From an uncultured bacterium (GTDB lineage: Bacteria > Bacillota_I > Bacilli_A > RFN20 > CAG-826), in assembly GCA_949292105.1 (NCBI GenBank), contig CASEYK010000016.1:9256-73255 (forward strand): a stretch of 64,000 nt of DNA. Direction: 5' to 3'. Positions 1-9,911 of the stretch are shown in pieces. A model generated the notes under the pieces. The model was not told where the DNA came from, ran no database searches, and saw only the letters and a program-made list of their open reading frames with translations. Position 1 is the stretch's first letter. Each line of letters opens with the position of its first letter. Made by a program: the position numbers and the translations under genes.

Positions 1-414
1 CACGGTGGCCGAATTGGCAAATTGAGTGCTGTTATTGGCAAATTATTTCAAATCAATCCAATTATTGTTTTAAAGCATGGCGAGATATTCTCTGGCGGAA
101 TTGCCATTAAAAGAAAAAGAGCATTGTTATCTATTATAAGTAAGACAAAATTGTATTTTGAAAAACATAAACTAAAGTATGATGACTTCCGCTTTGTCAT
201 CGGCTATGGCCACGATAAAGATGAAGCTCTAAAATTTAAACAACTTGTCGATAAAGAACTTAATGTTGACTGTGACTTATCGCAAATTGGCATTACGATT
301 GCTGTCCATACCGGACCAGAACCACTCGGCCTAGCGTTTATGCGCAAGTTCGATCACCAATTTGCCGCTGAAGAAAAACCACAGATGAAATTGGCATCTT
401 CTAAGCAATCATAA
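1..414 (+). CDS. DegV/EDD-domain fatty-acid-binding protein, C-terminal part (5' end outside window)
   Basis: Frame open from base 1: HGGRIGKLSAVIGKLFQINPII...IAVHTGP, matching the DegV GGRI and HxGP motifs. Confidence 0.9.
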   Translation, partial: HGGRIGKLSAVIGKLFQINPIIVLKHGEIFSGGIAIKRKRALLSIISKTKLYFEKHKLKYDDFRFVIGYGHDKDEALKFKQLVDKELNVDCDLSQIGITIAVHTGPEPLGLAFMRKFDHQFAAEEKPQMKLASSKQS

Positions 415-437
415 GAAACAATTAATAATTATTAATT

Positions 438-461
438 AAGAGGCGGTTTATCCGCCTTTTT
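438..461 (+). terminator. Intrinsic terminator after degV
   Basis: AGGCGG-TTTAT-CCGCCT stem followed by a T-run. Confidence 0.8.
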
Positions 462-467
462 GTTTTC

Positions 468-496
468 TAGACATTTAGTTTTTGAATTTATAAAAT
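468..496 (+). promoter_or_regulatory. Sigma-A promoter, probably giving a leaderless mRNA
   Basis: TAGACA-17 bp-TAAAAT ending 6 nt before ATG 503; no SD. Confidence 0.6.
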
Positions 497-502
497 CAAT
501 AT

Positions 503-1639
503 ATGAAGCAATGGATACAGAAACATAAATTTATTTTTATTCAACTGATAATATTAGGTGTTTTGCTTATTTTGTTGATTATTTTGTCTCTTTTTAAATT
601 AAGTCAAGATGTATCAGAATGGTGGACATTGACTTTTAATGCTTTTTATCGCGGCGTGTTCGCTCCTTTTAATCGGTTAATCCCTTTTTCTATTACTGAA
701 ATAACAATTGTTTTATTTATTCTAGCTTTAGTTGCTTTAATTGTTACTTCGATAGTGCTGGCATGCCAGAAAAAGAAAAAAACAGCTGCTCAAACGGCTC
801 TATTTATACCATTGCTTCTTGTTTTTGCTATTACTTTATATCAATCAACAGCAGGTATTGCTTACAGCCGTAAACCTTTGCCTCTCCATGTTTATGAAGG
901 AGAAGTCAGCAAAGATGATGCGCTAGATATATGCCAATACTTCGTCGATGATTTCAATCGCATTAGTCATCAACTTTCTTATGATGAAAGCGGAGAAGTT
1001 ATTTGTCCGTATACATTTGCAGAACTTAATGAACTCGTGATGAAAGAATATCAAAGAATTGATTCTACATACTTAATCGGTGGTTCATATATGTCAAAAA
1101 AGATGATTTTTCCATGGCTTTATTCAGAACTTCATATTACCGGTATGTTTTTTTCAATTACGACAGAGAGCATAATCAATTATTCTATTCCTAATAGTGA
1201 AATTCCTTTTACAATGCTACACGAAATCGCTCATTCAAAAGGAGTGATGAGAGAAAACGACGCTCAATTGTTAGCTATGTATTTATCGTTGACCAGTTCT
1301 AATGATTACATTCGCTATTCGGGATATATGAATACGATTTATTCTATGCTCAATCTTGCTCGTCAGATTGATGAGCAGCGCGGTATTGAAATTAATAATT
1401 CATTGACCAGTAACATCTTTAAAGAAAGTGCATATAACTCGAATTATTGGAAACAGTATCATATTTTGGATGATATTTCGACTTTCTTTAATGATTTGTA
1501 TTTATATATATTCTCAAATGATAACACGGGTAGTTATGTCGATAGTGGTTCAAGCGTAGGCGCTGATGGAACAATTTATTATTCAACCTACCAAAAGTTA
1601 TATTTTGGCGTTTATTTTGAAACCATTTATTTTGGATAA
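503..1639 (+). CDS. DUF3810-family membrane protein, putative Zn metallopeptidase
   Basis: N-terminal TM helices, PFS motif, LHEIAH (HExxH) followed by RENDA. Confidence 0.75.
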   Translation: MKQWIQKHKFIFIQLIILGVLLILLIILSLFKLSQDVSEWWTLTFNAFYRGVFAPFNRLIPFSITEITIVLFILALVALIVTSIVLACQKKKKTAAQTALFIPLLLVFAITLYQSTAGIAYSRKPLPLHVYEGEVSKDDALDICQYFVDDFNRISHQLSYDESGEVICPYTFAELNELVMKEYQRIDSTYLIGGSYMSKKMIFPWLYSELHITGMFFSITTESIINYSIPNSEIPFTMLHEIAHSKGVMRENDAQLLAMYLSLTSSNDYIRYSGYMNTIYSMLNLARQIDEQRGIEINNSLTSNIFKESAYNSNYWKQYHILDDISTFFNDLYLYIFSNDNTGSYVDSGSSVGADGTIYYSTYQKLYFGVYFETIYFG

Positions 1640-1683
1640 TTTTAATGATAGAATTAAATGACCAATTCTAGGAGGATAACATC

Positions 1684-1824
1684 ATGACACCAGAAGAGAA
1701 AAAAGTCCGCCGATTCCGCTGCATGGTCTGCGGATATGTTTACGAGGGAGATGAACTTCCTGAAGATTTTGTTTGCCCAGTTTGTGGACAACCAGCCTCG
1801 ATGTTTGAAGAAATTAAAGACTAA
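1684..1824 (+). CDS. Short-chain rubredoxin-like protein, 46 aa (absent from ORF track)
   Basis: SD AGGAGG at 1670-1675; MTPEEKKVRRFRCMVCGYVYEGDELPEDFVCPVCGQPASMFEEIKD with CxxC-x14-CPxC. Confidence 0.9.
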   Translation: MTPEEKKVRRFRCMVCGYVYEGDELPEDFVCPVCGQPASMFEEIKD

Positions 1825-1892
1825 GTTTTAAAATTTAAATTTAAAAACTGGCCTTTAATCGGTTATCATAATTAGTTAAAAAGGAGCACAAA

Positions 1893-3680
1893 GTGAAAAA
1901 GTATTTTTCTTTGATGTGGAAATTGATGAAAGGCCGACGCGTAGCGTATATTTTTTGTTTTGTCTTGTCGCTCCTTTATGTCTTTTTTACTGTTGTCTCA
2001 ACTTACACGACTAAAATTTTATCCGACGCCATTACCGGCGATATAACCGATGGTTCTAAATTGGGTCATTTTGGCGTTTTTATTACTAGCCTATATGGTG
2101 GGGCCGACTTTCTTGAAAACAACTTATGGATTTTTGCCGTCATTTTTGTATCTCTTGCCCTTATTTTAGCCGTTGTCACTTTTTTAAGAATCGTTTTAAG
2201 ATCGTACACATCGACAGGATTTGGCAAAAATACTCAAATGTTAATGTTTAATCATATTGAGGCACTGCCATATTCATTTTTAAAGAAATGTCAATCGGGT
2301 GATATCATCCAAACATGTACGCGCGACGAATCAGTTTTGAGGCGTTTTGCCATTATGCAAACTCTCAATGTTGCGCAAGCCATCTTTTTAGTTATCTTTT
2401 CCTTTTTCATCATTTTAGATTTGAATTACCAATTAGCATTAGTCAGTATTGCTATCATGCTGCCTTTATTTATTTATTCGGCTTTTATGATCAACGAGAT
2501 TCGCAAGCGATATCGACGCACCGATGATAGTGAAGGCCAAATGATTGCTAAGATTGAAGAAAATTTAAGCGCTGTTCGCATTGTAAAAGCATACAACAAC
2601 GAGCGATATGAAATCGATGATTTCGAAAGATATTTATCTGATTATAAACGCAAATATAAGAAGTGGCGTATGGTGTCTAGTCTATTTTGGTCATCATCCG
2701 ATATTCTTGTCTTCGGCCAAATTGCTCTTTCGGCATTAGTCGGTTTAGTTTTTGTTGTTAATGGTACAGTTTCTTTAGGAACATATATTGTTACTAACTC
2801 ATTTGTAACGATGGTCGTTTGGCCGCTCCGCGATATGGCAACTATTTTCGCTGATTTTGCGAGGGCAATCGTTGCTGTCGACCGCATCAACCTAGTAATA
2901 AATGAACCTATTGAAGATACAATTTCAGGTGACAAACCACCTATTCATGGCGATATTGAATTCAAAGATGTTTCTTTTAAATATGATGATGGCGATGAAG
3001 ATGTTTTAGATGGATTATCTTTTCATATCAAGCAAGGACAAACCGTTGCAATCATGGGCAAAACTGGTTCTGGCAAATCAACTATCGCTCAACTGTTAAC
3101 GCGCTTATATGATAACCAAAAGGGATCAATCATTATTGATGGAGTCAATATCCAAGATATTCAAAAAGAGCATTTGCGAAAAAATGTGTGTTGTGTTCTT
3201 CAAGAGTCATTCCTTTTTTCGCGCACAATCAAAAACAACATACGAATTGCTCATAAAGATGCAACAGATGAAGAAGTTACAAGTGTAGCCAAAATTGCCG
3301 ATGTTCACGATTCTATTATGTCATTTGAACAGCAATATGAAACGCCCGTTGGTGAAAATGGTGTGACTTTGTCTGGTGGCCAAAAGCAGCGTATAGCGAT
3401 GGCGAGATCGCTGCTAAGCAATCCCCCAATCATTATCTTTGATGATTCTTTTTCAGCTGTCGATACCGAAACTGATATTCGCATCCGTGAAGCACTTCAT
3501 AAATATAAAAAACAAACAACTACCATTATAATTACTCACCGTATCGCGACGGCTCATGAAGCTGATCAAATTATTGTTATTGATAAAGGTAAGGTTAGCC
3601 AAAGCGGTACGCATGAGCAGCTTCTCCAAGAAGAAGGTCTATACAAAAAACTTTACGATATTCAGACAAGGATGGTTTAA
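1893..3680 (+). CDS. Heterodimeric ABC exporter subunit (TMD+NBD), degenerate Walker B
   Basis: GTG start with SD AAGGAG; GKTGSGKST, LSGGQ, IIIFDDSFSAVD (D replaces catalytic E). Confidence 0.9.
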   Translation: MKKYFSLMWKLMKGRRVAYIFCFVLSLLYVFFTVVSTYTTKILSDAITGDITDGSKLGHFGVFITSLYGGADFLENNLWIFAVIFVSLALILAVVTFLRIVLRSYTSTGFGKNTQMLMFNHIEALPYSFLKKCQSGDIIQTCTRDESVLRRFAIMQTLNVAQAIFLVIFSFFIILDLNYQLALVSIAIMLPLFIYSAFMINEIRKRYRRTDDSEGQMIAKIEENLSAVRIVKAYNNERYEIDDFERYLSDYKRKYKKWRMVSSLFWSSSDILVFGQIALSALVGLVFVVNGTVSLGTYIVTNSFVTMVVWPLRDMATIFADFARAIVAVDRINLVINEPIEDTISGDKPPIHGDIEFKDVSFKYDDGDEDVLDGLSFHIKQGQTVAIMGKTGSGKSTIAQLLTRLYDNQKGSIIIDGVNIQDIQKEHLRKNVCCVLQESFLFSRTIKNNIRIAHKDATDEEVTSVAKIADVHDSIMSFEQQYETPVGENGVTLSGGQKQRIAMARSLLSNPPIIIFDDSFSAVDTETDIRIREALHKYKKQTTTIIITHRIATAHEADQIIVIDKGKVSQSGTHEQLLQEEGLYKKLYDIQTRMV

Positions 3681-3683
3681 ACA

Positions 3684-5621
3684 GTGGCGAACGCATTTGT
3701 CTTCCAAGAAGAGAAAACACCAAAGAAGTTTAATCTATTAACTTGGGTGAGCATATCCAAGTATATTTTCCGTTGTTGGAAATATCTTCTCTTTGTCTTT
3801 TTGGCGATGATAGTGACTTCATTTATCGATTCTTCTTGTTTCCCGCTTTTATCTGCATCCATTATTTCGACGCTTCAAGGTCCTCACTCTTCAAATATTA
3901 ATGATTTGGTTATCCATGTATCTTTCATTTTTGGAATTCAATTCGATTTAAGTTTTTGGGGCGTCTGCATTTTCTATGTTGTCTCAATCATCATTCGCTC
4001 CGTTGGTATTTTTATTAATTTCTATCTATCAAATCTCATGGTTATGCATGTCGTTGTTGATCTTCGTCGCGATTCATTTAGAAAAGTTCAAGAATTATCC
4101 TTTTCATATTACGATAAGACACCGAGCGGATGGCTTATCGCCCGCATGGGCAGTGACTGCTCAGATATCGCCGATATGATTAGCAATGGCTTTATATCTT
4201 TATTATGGATTTTCTTTGATTTATTTTTCATCTTGGTCAGTATGTTTTCATATAATGTTGCCCTCTCATTTTTAGTTCTTGCCATTACTCCAATTCTCAT
4301 CATTGTAATTCCGATTTTTGAACGCATTGTTTTAAAATTACACCGCATTGCTCGCAATTCTTATTCTAACTTTGTCCGTTGGTTAGCTGAATGCATTAAT
4401 GGTGCAAAAACGATAAAAATATTGGCGATTGAAAGGGAAATTCATCGCGAAGCAGACGAAATTACTGAAGATATTCGTAAAAAAAGAAGAAGAGCTATGA
4501 CATTCAATGGATTCTTTATTCCTATTGTTTCTATCGCTTCAGCTATTACCTCTGGTTTAATCATTATTGTCGGCGAATATGTTTTGCATTTGCGCTCAGA
4601 TGTGACAGGCAGCATCGCCATTTTTACTTTCTTTATTTCTTGCTGTTCATCTATTTATACTCCTATTACCCAATTCACCGATTTATTCTCAGAGTTTATG
4701 TCAACGCAAGCGAGCGTGGAGAAAGTTTTATCACTGATTAACACTAAACCGCAAATCGTCGATAGAGAAGATGTTGTAGCAAAGTATGGAGGCTTATTTG
4801 ATAATAAAGTCGAAAATTTTGAACCGATGCACGGCAAAATTGAGTTTAAAGATATTAGTTTTCATTACGCCGATAATCCAGATGTAATTTCCCACTTCAA
4901 TTTAAAAATAAATCCAGGCGAAAGTGTAGCAATCGTGGGCGAAACTGGAAGTGGTAAGACAACAGTTGTTAATTTGCTCTGTCGTTTCTATGAACCGAGC
5001 AGTGGCGAGTTACTCATCGATGATATTGACTATCGAAATCGCAGCGTTGGTTGGATTAGAAGCAACATTGGTTATGTTCAACAAAATCCGTTCGTTTTTA
5101 ACGCCACCTATTTTGATAATTTGCGATATGGCAATATGAATGCCACTGAAGAAGAAATTATTGATGTTTGTAAAATTGTTGGCATTGATGATTTTATTCG
5201 CTCTCAACCTCAAGGATATAATTCCAAACTCGATGATGGTGGCAACCAGCTTTCAACTGGCCAAAAACAATTAATTTCATTTGCTCGTGCTCTTTTGAGA
5301 AAACCACAAATCATTATTTTGGATGAAGCAACAAGTTCAATTGATACAGAGACCGAATATAACATTCAAAAAATGATCGGGTCTTTTCTAAAAGATCGAA
5401 CATCAATTATTATTGCTCACCGTCTTTCGACTGTTGTTGAAGCGGACCGCATTATCGTTTTGGACAAAGGCAAGATTGTCGAAGAAGGCAATCATACTCA
5501 GCTCATCGAAAAGAAAGGATGGTATCATCATTTGTATATGAATCAGTTCAAAGAATTAAATATCGATGAGCAAATTCAAACTTATGAAGAACAGATCGAA
5601 AAAAAGAAAATTAAGTTATAA
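3684..5621 (+). CDS. Heterodimeric ABC exporter partner subunit (TMD+NBD)
   Basis: GETGSGKTT, degenerate signature LSTGQ, canonical IIILDEATSSID; 3 nt after partner stop. Confidence 0.9.
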   Translation: MANAFVFQEEKTPKKFNLLTWVSISKYIFRCWKYLLFVFLAMIVTSFIDSSCFPLLSASIISTLQGPHSSNINDLVIHVSFIFGIQFDLSFWGVCIFYVVSIIIRSVGIFINFYLSNLMVMHVVVDLRRDSFRKVQELSFSYYDKTPSGWLIARMGSDCSDIADMISNGFISLLWIFFDLFFILVSMFSYNVALSFLVLAITPILIIVIPIFERIVLKLHRIARNSYSNFVRWLAECINGAKTIKILAIEREIHREADEITEDIRKKRRRAMTFNGFFIPIVSIASAITSGLIIIVGEYVLHLRSDVTGSIAIFTFFISCCSSIYTPITQFTDLFSEFMSTQASVEKVLSLINTKPQIVDREDVVAKYGGLFDNKVENFEPMHGKIEFKDISFHYADNPDVISHFNLKINPGESVAIVGETGSGKTTVVNLLCRFYEPSSGELLIDDIDYRNRSVGWIRSNIGYVQQNPFVFNATYFDNLRYGNMNATEEEIIDVCKIVGIDDFIRSQPQGYNSKLDDGGNQLSTGQKQLISFARALLRKPQIIILDEATSSIDTETEYNIQKMIGSFLKDRTSIIIAHRLSTVVEADRIIVLDKGKIVEEGNHTQLIEKKGWYHHLYMNQFKELNIDEQIQTYEEQIEKKKIKL

Positions 5622-5650
5622 TAGAAATAGATAATAGTTGGATTAGTTAA

Positions 5651-6616
5651 ATGCCTCATATTCTTACCCATTACATCGTTATGGATCTTCTCTTAAACAA
5701 AGAAGAAAAGAATCGCCAAGCAGCTCTTGTTGGCGCGCAGGGACCAGATCCTTTTTATTATTATGGCATTGGCGATTTAGTCAAAAAACATAACGAAGAC
5801 GAGGTGCGAGATTTTGGTCATTTGCTCCATCATCACGACATTGCTCCCATTATCAGTTTTATGGTTGAATATATGAACAATCAAAAGAACGATTGGAGTT
5901 ACTTAGTTCTTAAACAATATATAAAAGGTTTCCTTTTGCATTATTGCATCGATCGAAACACCCACCCTTATATTTTTTATCGTACTGGTTTTACAACTGG
6001 AAGAGACATGAACAGCGCGAAATACAATTGGTTTCACGCTGTTTTTGAGTGCCATCTCGATGTTTTATTCCGCAAAAGGTATAACATTCATAATTTTAAC
6101 CCAAAGACTTGTCTTGCTCTTTCTAACAAGCAATTAAAGACTATTTCACTCATGTATTATCATTTGGCAAGGCAACTTTTTCCAACAGCGACTTATATCA
6201 CGCGTCACACTTTTTATCAAAGCGTAAAATGTATGAAGCGTGTTAATAGTTTCTTATATTCCCCAACTGGAGTGAAAAAAAGGCATTTTGAAAAACATAA
6301 TTTCTTTACTCTAAAAAATGCATTATGCCACCCTTTGAAAGTTGACGATGACAATAAAGTCGATTATTTAAACAATTCACATTCGATATGGAAAGACCCA
6401 ACAAGTGGGCAAGAACATGATTCTTCTTTTATTGATATGATTGAAGAAGCTAAAAAAGAATATAAAGAGATGATTCCTATTCTTGAATTTAAGCAGCCAG
6501 AACTCATAAAACATTATGCGTTAAAATTTTCAAAAAGTATTGACCACGACGGAAAACCTCTTAAATCAACAAAATATTATTTTGATGTTTTTTATAAAGA
6601 TGATTTTCCTTTATAA
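5651..6616 (+). CDS. Zinc-dependent phospholipase C family protein
   Basis: MPxxxTH start, GAQGPDPF, GFLLHYxxDxxxHPYI and HxxFExxLD metal-ligand pattern. Confidence 0.75.
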   Translation: MPHILTHYIVMDLLLNKEEKNRQAALVGAQGPDPFYYYGIGDLVKKHNEDEVRDFGHLLHHHDIAPIISFMVEYMNNQKNDWSYLVLKQYIKGFLLHYCIDRNTHPYIFYRTGFTTGRDMNSAKYNWFHAVFECHLDVLFRKRYNIHNFNPKTCLALSNKQLKTISLMYYHLARQLFPTATYITRHTFYQSVKCMKRVNSFLYSPTGVKKRHFEKHNFFTLKNALCHPLKVDDDNKVDYLNNSHSIWKDPTSGQEHDSSFIDMIEEAKKEYKEMIPILEFKQPELIKHYALKFSKSIDHDGKPLKSTKYYFDVFYKDDFPL

Positions 6617-6661
6617 TAAAAGAACGAAGTTTTTTTACTTCTACAAAGAAGGGAGAAAATT

Positions 6662-8266
6662 ATGAAAGGAAAATTTTATTTTATTCCAGCAGTTGCAATT
6701 ATCGCTATGTTAGTTTCTGGTTGTTCTATTTATCGATTTGGTGATAGTTCTTCAAACACATCAGATACAAATAGCGGCACTGATTATTCTGACAATTCTT
6801 CAGTTGGTCAAGACTCATCCGATGATAGTTCAATTGACATTAGTATTTCAATTGATTCATCCGATAATTCAGAGAATAGTGGTAATTACGATCGCTTATC
6901 CCACCCGACTGGTAATACTTATCACGATTTAGGCCAAAATTCTTATTATTCAACCTATTATGCACCTTGTGAAGGCGATTCAAATATTCTCGTTATTCCA
7001 GTCACAATCAAAGGATATGAATCAAAGGCGACAACCGCTAATAAACAAAAAATCGAAAAAGCTTTTTTTGGTACTTCCGAAGATACTGGATGGGAGTCTG
7101 TCAAAAGTTATTTTTATAAATCGTCTTATGGCAATTTAAATATTAGCGGAGATGTGACCGATTGGTTTGAAATTGGGCTCACTCCAAAACAAGTTTATGA
7201 AAAAAACGATAATGAATACGGCGATGGTGGAACTTTTTATGTTTTAAACAAAGCTGTTGAATGGGCGAAAACGCAAGGATATGACATGAAAGACTACGAT
7301 GTTGATAAAGACGGTTATATCGATTGTGTTTGGCTCGTATACTCTTGTCCATACGAAGTGAGTATTTCAGGCGTGAGCAGTGATGACAACCCATTTTGGG
7401 CGTTTACATATTGGGATTATTCTAATGTCTATGCTTCACCAAGCGTTTCTAATCCTATCACAAACACATATGCTTGGGCGTCTATTGATTTTATGAACGA
7501 TGGAACCTCGAGCAATATTACAATTGATGCTCATACATACATCCATGAGCATGGCCATGTCATTGGTTTAGATGATTATTACGATTATGATGGACTTCAT
7601 TCGCCATTAGGCCGATATGACATGCAAGACTGCAATGTGGGCGACCATAATGCATATTCTAAATTTGCTTTTGGTTGGACTACTCCTTATGTTGTGAAAG
7701 GTGATGCAACCATTACTATTAATCCTTCATCGAGCAGTGGCCATTCGATTATTTTGGCCAATCCGTCCGAAGCAGATAATATTACTCATGCTTTTAATGA
7801 ATATTTAATTTTGGAACTTCTTACTCCCGACGGATTATGGGAAAAAGACGCTACTTATTCTTATTCTGGATACGGTAAAACCTATTCAACTCCAGGTGTA
7901 AGAATTTTGCATGTAGATGGAAGATTATTAAATTCACGCAACTCCTTCGTTGATGGTGTGACTGATTCGGTGAGACATGCGTTCAGTAATACTCCTTCTT
8001 ATAGTTATAGTTCTGGAACAAGGAGTTTAAGACAGGATTTAGTTGCTCTTATTCCGGCCGATAAATCTACTAAATTCCAAACTAGTTATTCTGCTGCCGG
8101 TTCTTCATCCACGCTATTTAAGACCGGCGATTCATTTAGTGTCTCTGAGTATTCTAGTTTCTTTTCTAATCAAAAATTACATAACGGAACAACCATTCCT
8201 TACGAGATTACATTTGAAAATGTCAGTGCGGAAAGTGCTACCATTACATTTAAATTGATTGGATAA
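6662..8266 (+). CDS. M6 (immune inhibitor A-like) metalloprotease lipoprotein
   Basis: Lipobox LVSG-C, Ser/Asp-rich linker, DxDxDGYID Ca-loop, IHEHGHVIGLDDYY, GDHNAYSK..GW. Confidence 0.85.
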   Translation: MKGKFYFIPAVAIIAMLVSGCSIYRFGDSSSNTSDTNSGTDYSDNSSVGQDSSDDSSIDISISIDSSDNSENSGNYDRLSHPTGNTYHDLGQNSYYSTYYAPCEGDSNILVIPVTIKGYESKATTANKQKIEKAFFGTSEDTGWESVKSYFYKSSYGNLNISGDVTDWFEIGLTPKQVYEKNDNEYGDGGTFYVLNKAVEWAKTQGYDMKDYDVDKDGYIDCVWLVYSCPYEVSISGVSSDDNPFWAFTYWDYSNVYASPSVSNPITNTYAWASIDFMNDGTSSNITIDAHTYIHEHGHVIGLDDYYDYDGLHSPLGRYDMQDCNVGDHNAYSKFAFGWTTPYVVKGDATITINPSSSSGHSIILANPSEADNITHAFNEYLILELLTPDGLWEKDATYSYSGYGKTYSTPGVRILHVDGRLLNSRNSFVDGVTDSVRHAFSNTPSYSYSSGTRSLRQDLVALIPADKSTKFQTSYSAAGSSSTLFKTGDSFSVSEYSSFFSNQKLHNGTTIPYEITFENVSAESATITFKLIG

Positions 8267-8277
8267 TAAATAATAAG

Positions 8278-8859
8278 ATGGAAGAGAAAATTTGTAAAAA
8301 GAGATCATATCAAGTAGTTGAAGCTCTTGATGAATTCAATTTTGTTGTTGAAAGAAAGAAAAAACGTTTTTTGTTTGTCGATTATCAAAATCGCAGTGAT
8401 GAATTCCAATTATTTGTCCTAGCGTATAAAAAGTTGAAAACAACCGGCATTAGAATTCCAAAAGTTTATCGTATCGATATAAAAAATCAAAATGTTGTGA
8501 TGGAGTGTGTTATTGGTCCGACCGCTCTTGATGTTTTAATTGAACATGATTTAGATGACTCATACTATGAACAGATTTTTATCTTAGCTTGGTCAGCTAA
8601 AGTAGAGGAATTAATGCTGGATTTTGATCCAAAAAACTTTATCATGCACGATGGTCTTTTATATTATATGGGTTTTAAATTCAGTGTTTATGATCCAAAG
8701 AATCCATTCCAATTAAATGCTATTTATTATTGGTTTTATACAAAACAGTTTGTGGAATACTTAAAAGAACATAATTTGCCTTATGATCAGTCACGATTAA
8801 AAGATGAATATTCAATTAATCGCGAAATAGCTTTAAAAATAGTAAAATATTATCGGTAA
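8278..8859 (+). CDS. Small protein-kinase-like fold protein, probable pseudokinase
   Basis: GIRIPKVY...VVMECVIGPT hinge region and LDFDPKNF catalytic-loop-like motif; Gly-loop, beta3 Lys and DFG Asp not recognisable. Confidence 0.5.
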   Translation: MEEKICKKRSYQVVEALDEFNFVVERKKKRFLFVDYQNRSDEFQLFVLAYKKLKTTGIRIPKVYRIDIKNQNVVMECVIGPTALDVLIEHDLDDSYYEQIFILAWSAKVEELMLDFDPKNFIMHDGLLYYMGFKFSVYDPKNPFQLNAIYYWFYTKQFVEYLKEHNLPYDQSRLKDEYSINREIALKIVKYYR

Positions 8860-8862
8860 TCT

Positions 8863-9777
8863 ATGGATAAAATCATTTTTTCAATCTCTTCAAATAAAAA
8901 AGTGGTTAGAAAAATCGCTGATGCTTTGTCTTGCCCAATTGGAAAAATCAAAGTCACCCATTTTGAAGACGGCGAAATAATGGTTAAGAGTTTGAGCGAT
9001 GTTAAAGACAAAATGGTAATTGTTGTTCAATCTACATCAAAACCCGCCCATGAAAAACTATTTGAATTGTTGCTCTTGCTCGACTCGATTAAAAGAAGTG
9101 GAGCAAAGAAAATTATTTTGTTCATTCCATATTTTGGTTATTCGCGACAAGAGCGAGTTTCTTTTAAAAATGAACCTGTATCATGTGAAGTTGTTGCAAG
9201 GCTGTTAGACACCGCTAATGTTGATAAAATAATTACATTTGATGTGCATCATGAAGAGATAGTTTCGTTCTTTAAAACTCCTTTCATAAATCAACCTACA
9301 ACTTCATTGTTTAGTGAATATTATCAATCTTATTTTGCTAGTCATCATATCGATCTTAAAGATGTGGTTGTTGTTTCACCGGATCACGGTTCAAATCAGA
9401 GAGCGCATTTACTTGGTGAATACTTAGGTGGAGTTGATGTTATCATTTTGGATAAATATCGACCTAAGCCCAATCAAGCTGAACATCTTTATTCGAGTGC
9501 GGATGTCGAAAATAAAGTTTGTATTATCGTCGATGACATCGTCGATACAGGTGGAACTTTAATTTCTGCTATCAATCTCTTAAAAGAAAAAAATGCTCGT
9601 TTAATTTTAGTTGCCGCCTCGCATGCTGTATTATCAAAAAAGTCATCAAAATTACTAAAAATGAAGCAAATCGACGATATTGTTGTCACTAATTCGATTG
9701 AAAAGACAATAAATTCGCATGTTTCGGTTGTCGATCTTGCCCCGCTCATTATTAAGGAAATTCAATGTGATGAATAA
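8863..9777 (+). CDS. prs: Ribose-phosphate pyrophosphokinase
   Basis: FEDGE, PYFGYSRQER, VSPDHG, IVDDIVDTGGTL PRPP-binding motif. Confidence 0.92.
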   Translation: MDKIIFSISSNKKVVRKIADALSCPIGKIKVTHFEDGEIMVKSLSDVKDKMVIVVQSTSKPAHEKLFELLLLLDSIKRSGAKKIILFIPYFGYSRQERVSFKNEPVSCEVVARLLDTANVDKIITFDVHHEEIVSFFKTPFINQPTTSLFSEYYQSYFASHHIDLKDVVVVSPDHGSNQRAHLLGEYLGGVDVIILDKYRPKPNQAEHLYSSADVENKVCIIVDDIVDTGGTLISAINLLKEKNARLILVAASHAVLSKKSSKLLKMKQIDDIVVTNSIEKTINSHVSVVDLAPLIIKEIQCDE

Positions 9778-9907
9778 TAGAGATTTTGATGATAAAACGC
9801 CTGAAAAAAGAAAAAAGTTAGACAAACAGACAATTATTGTTATCTCTGTTTTATCTGTATTTTTATTGCTAGCTGTCATCGCATTATTATATATTATATT
9901 TAGTTAA
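9770..9907 (+). CDS. Small single-pass membrane protein, 45 aa
   Basis: ATG overlapping the prs end; charged N-half (MNNRDFDDKTPEKRKKLDK) then a hydrophobic C-terminal helix. Confidence 0.55.
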   Translation: MNNRDFDDKTPEKRKKLDKQTIIVISVLSVFLLLAVIALLYIIFS

Positions 9908-9911
9908 AAAA

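Noticed and set aside
420-437. Perfect 18-bp palindrome AATTAATAATTATTAATT, loosely Fur/PerR-like
   Set aside because: Pure A/T in an AT-rich genome and upstream of a terminator rather than at a promoter; chance is adequate.
1825-1848. Near-perfect 24-bp AT palindrome before the ABC exporter
   Set aside because: Low complexity and no regulator gene nearby; cannot be separated from background.
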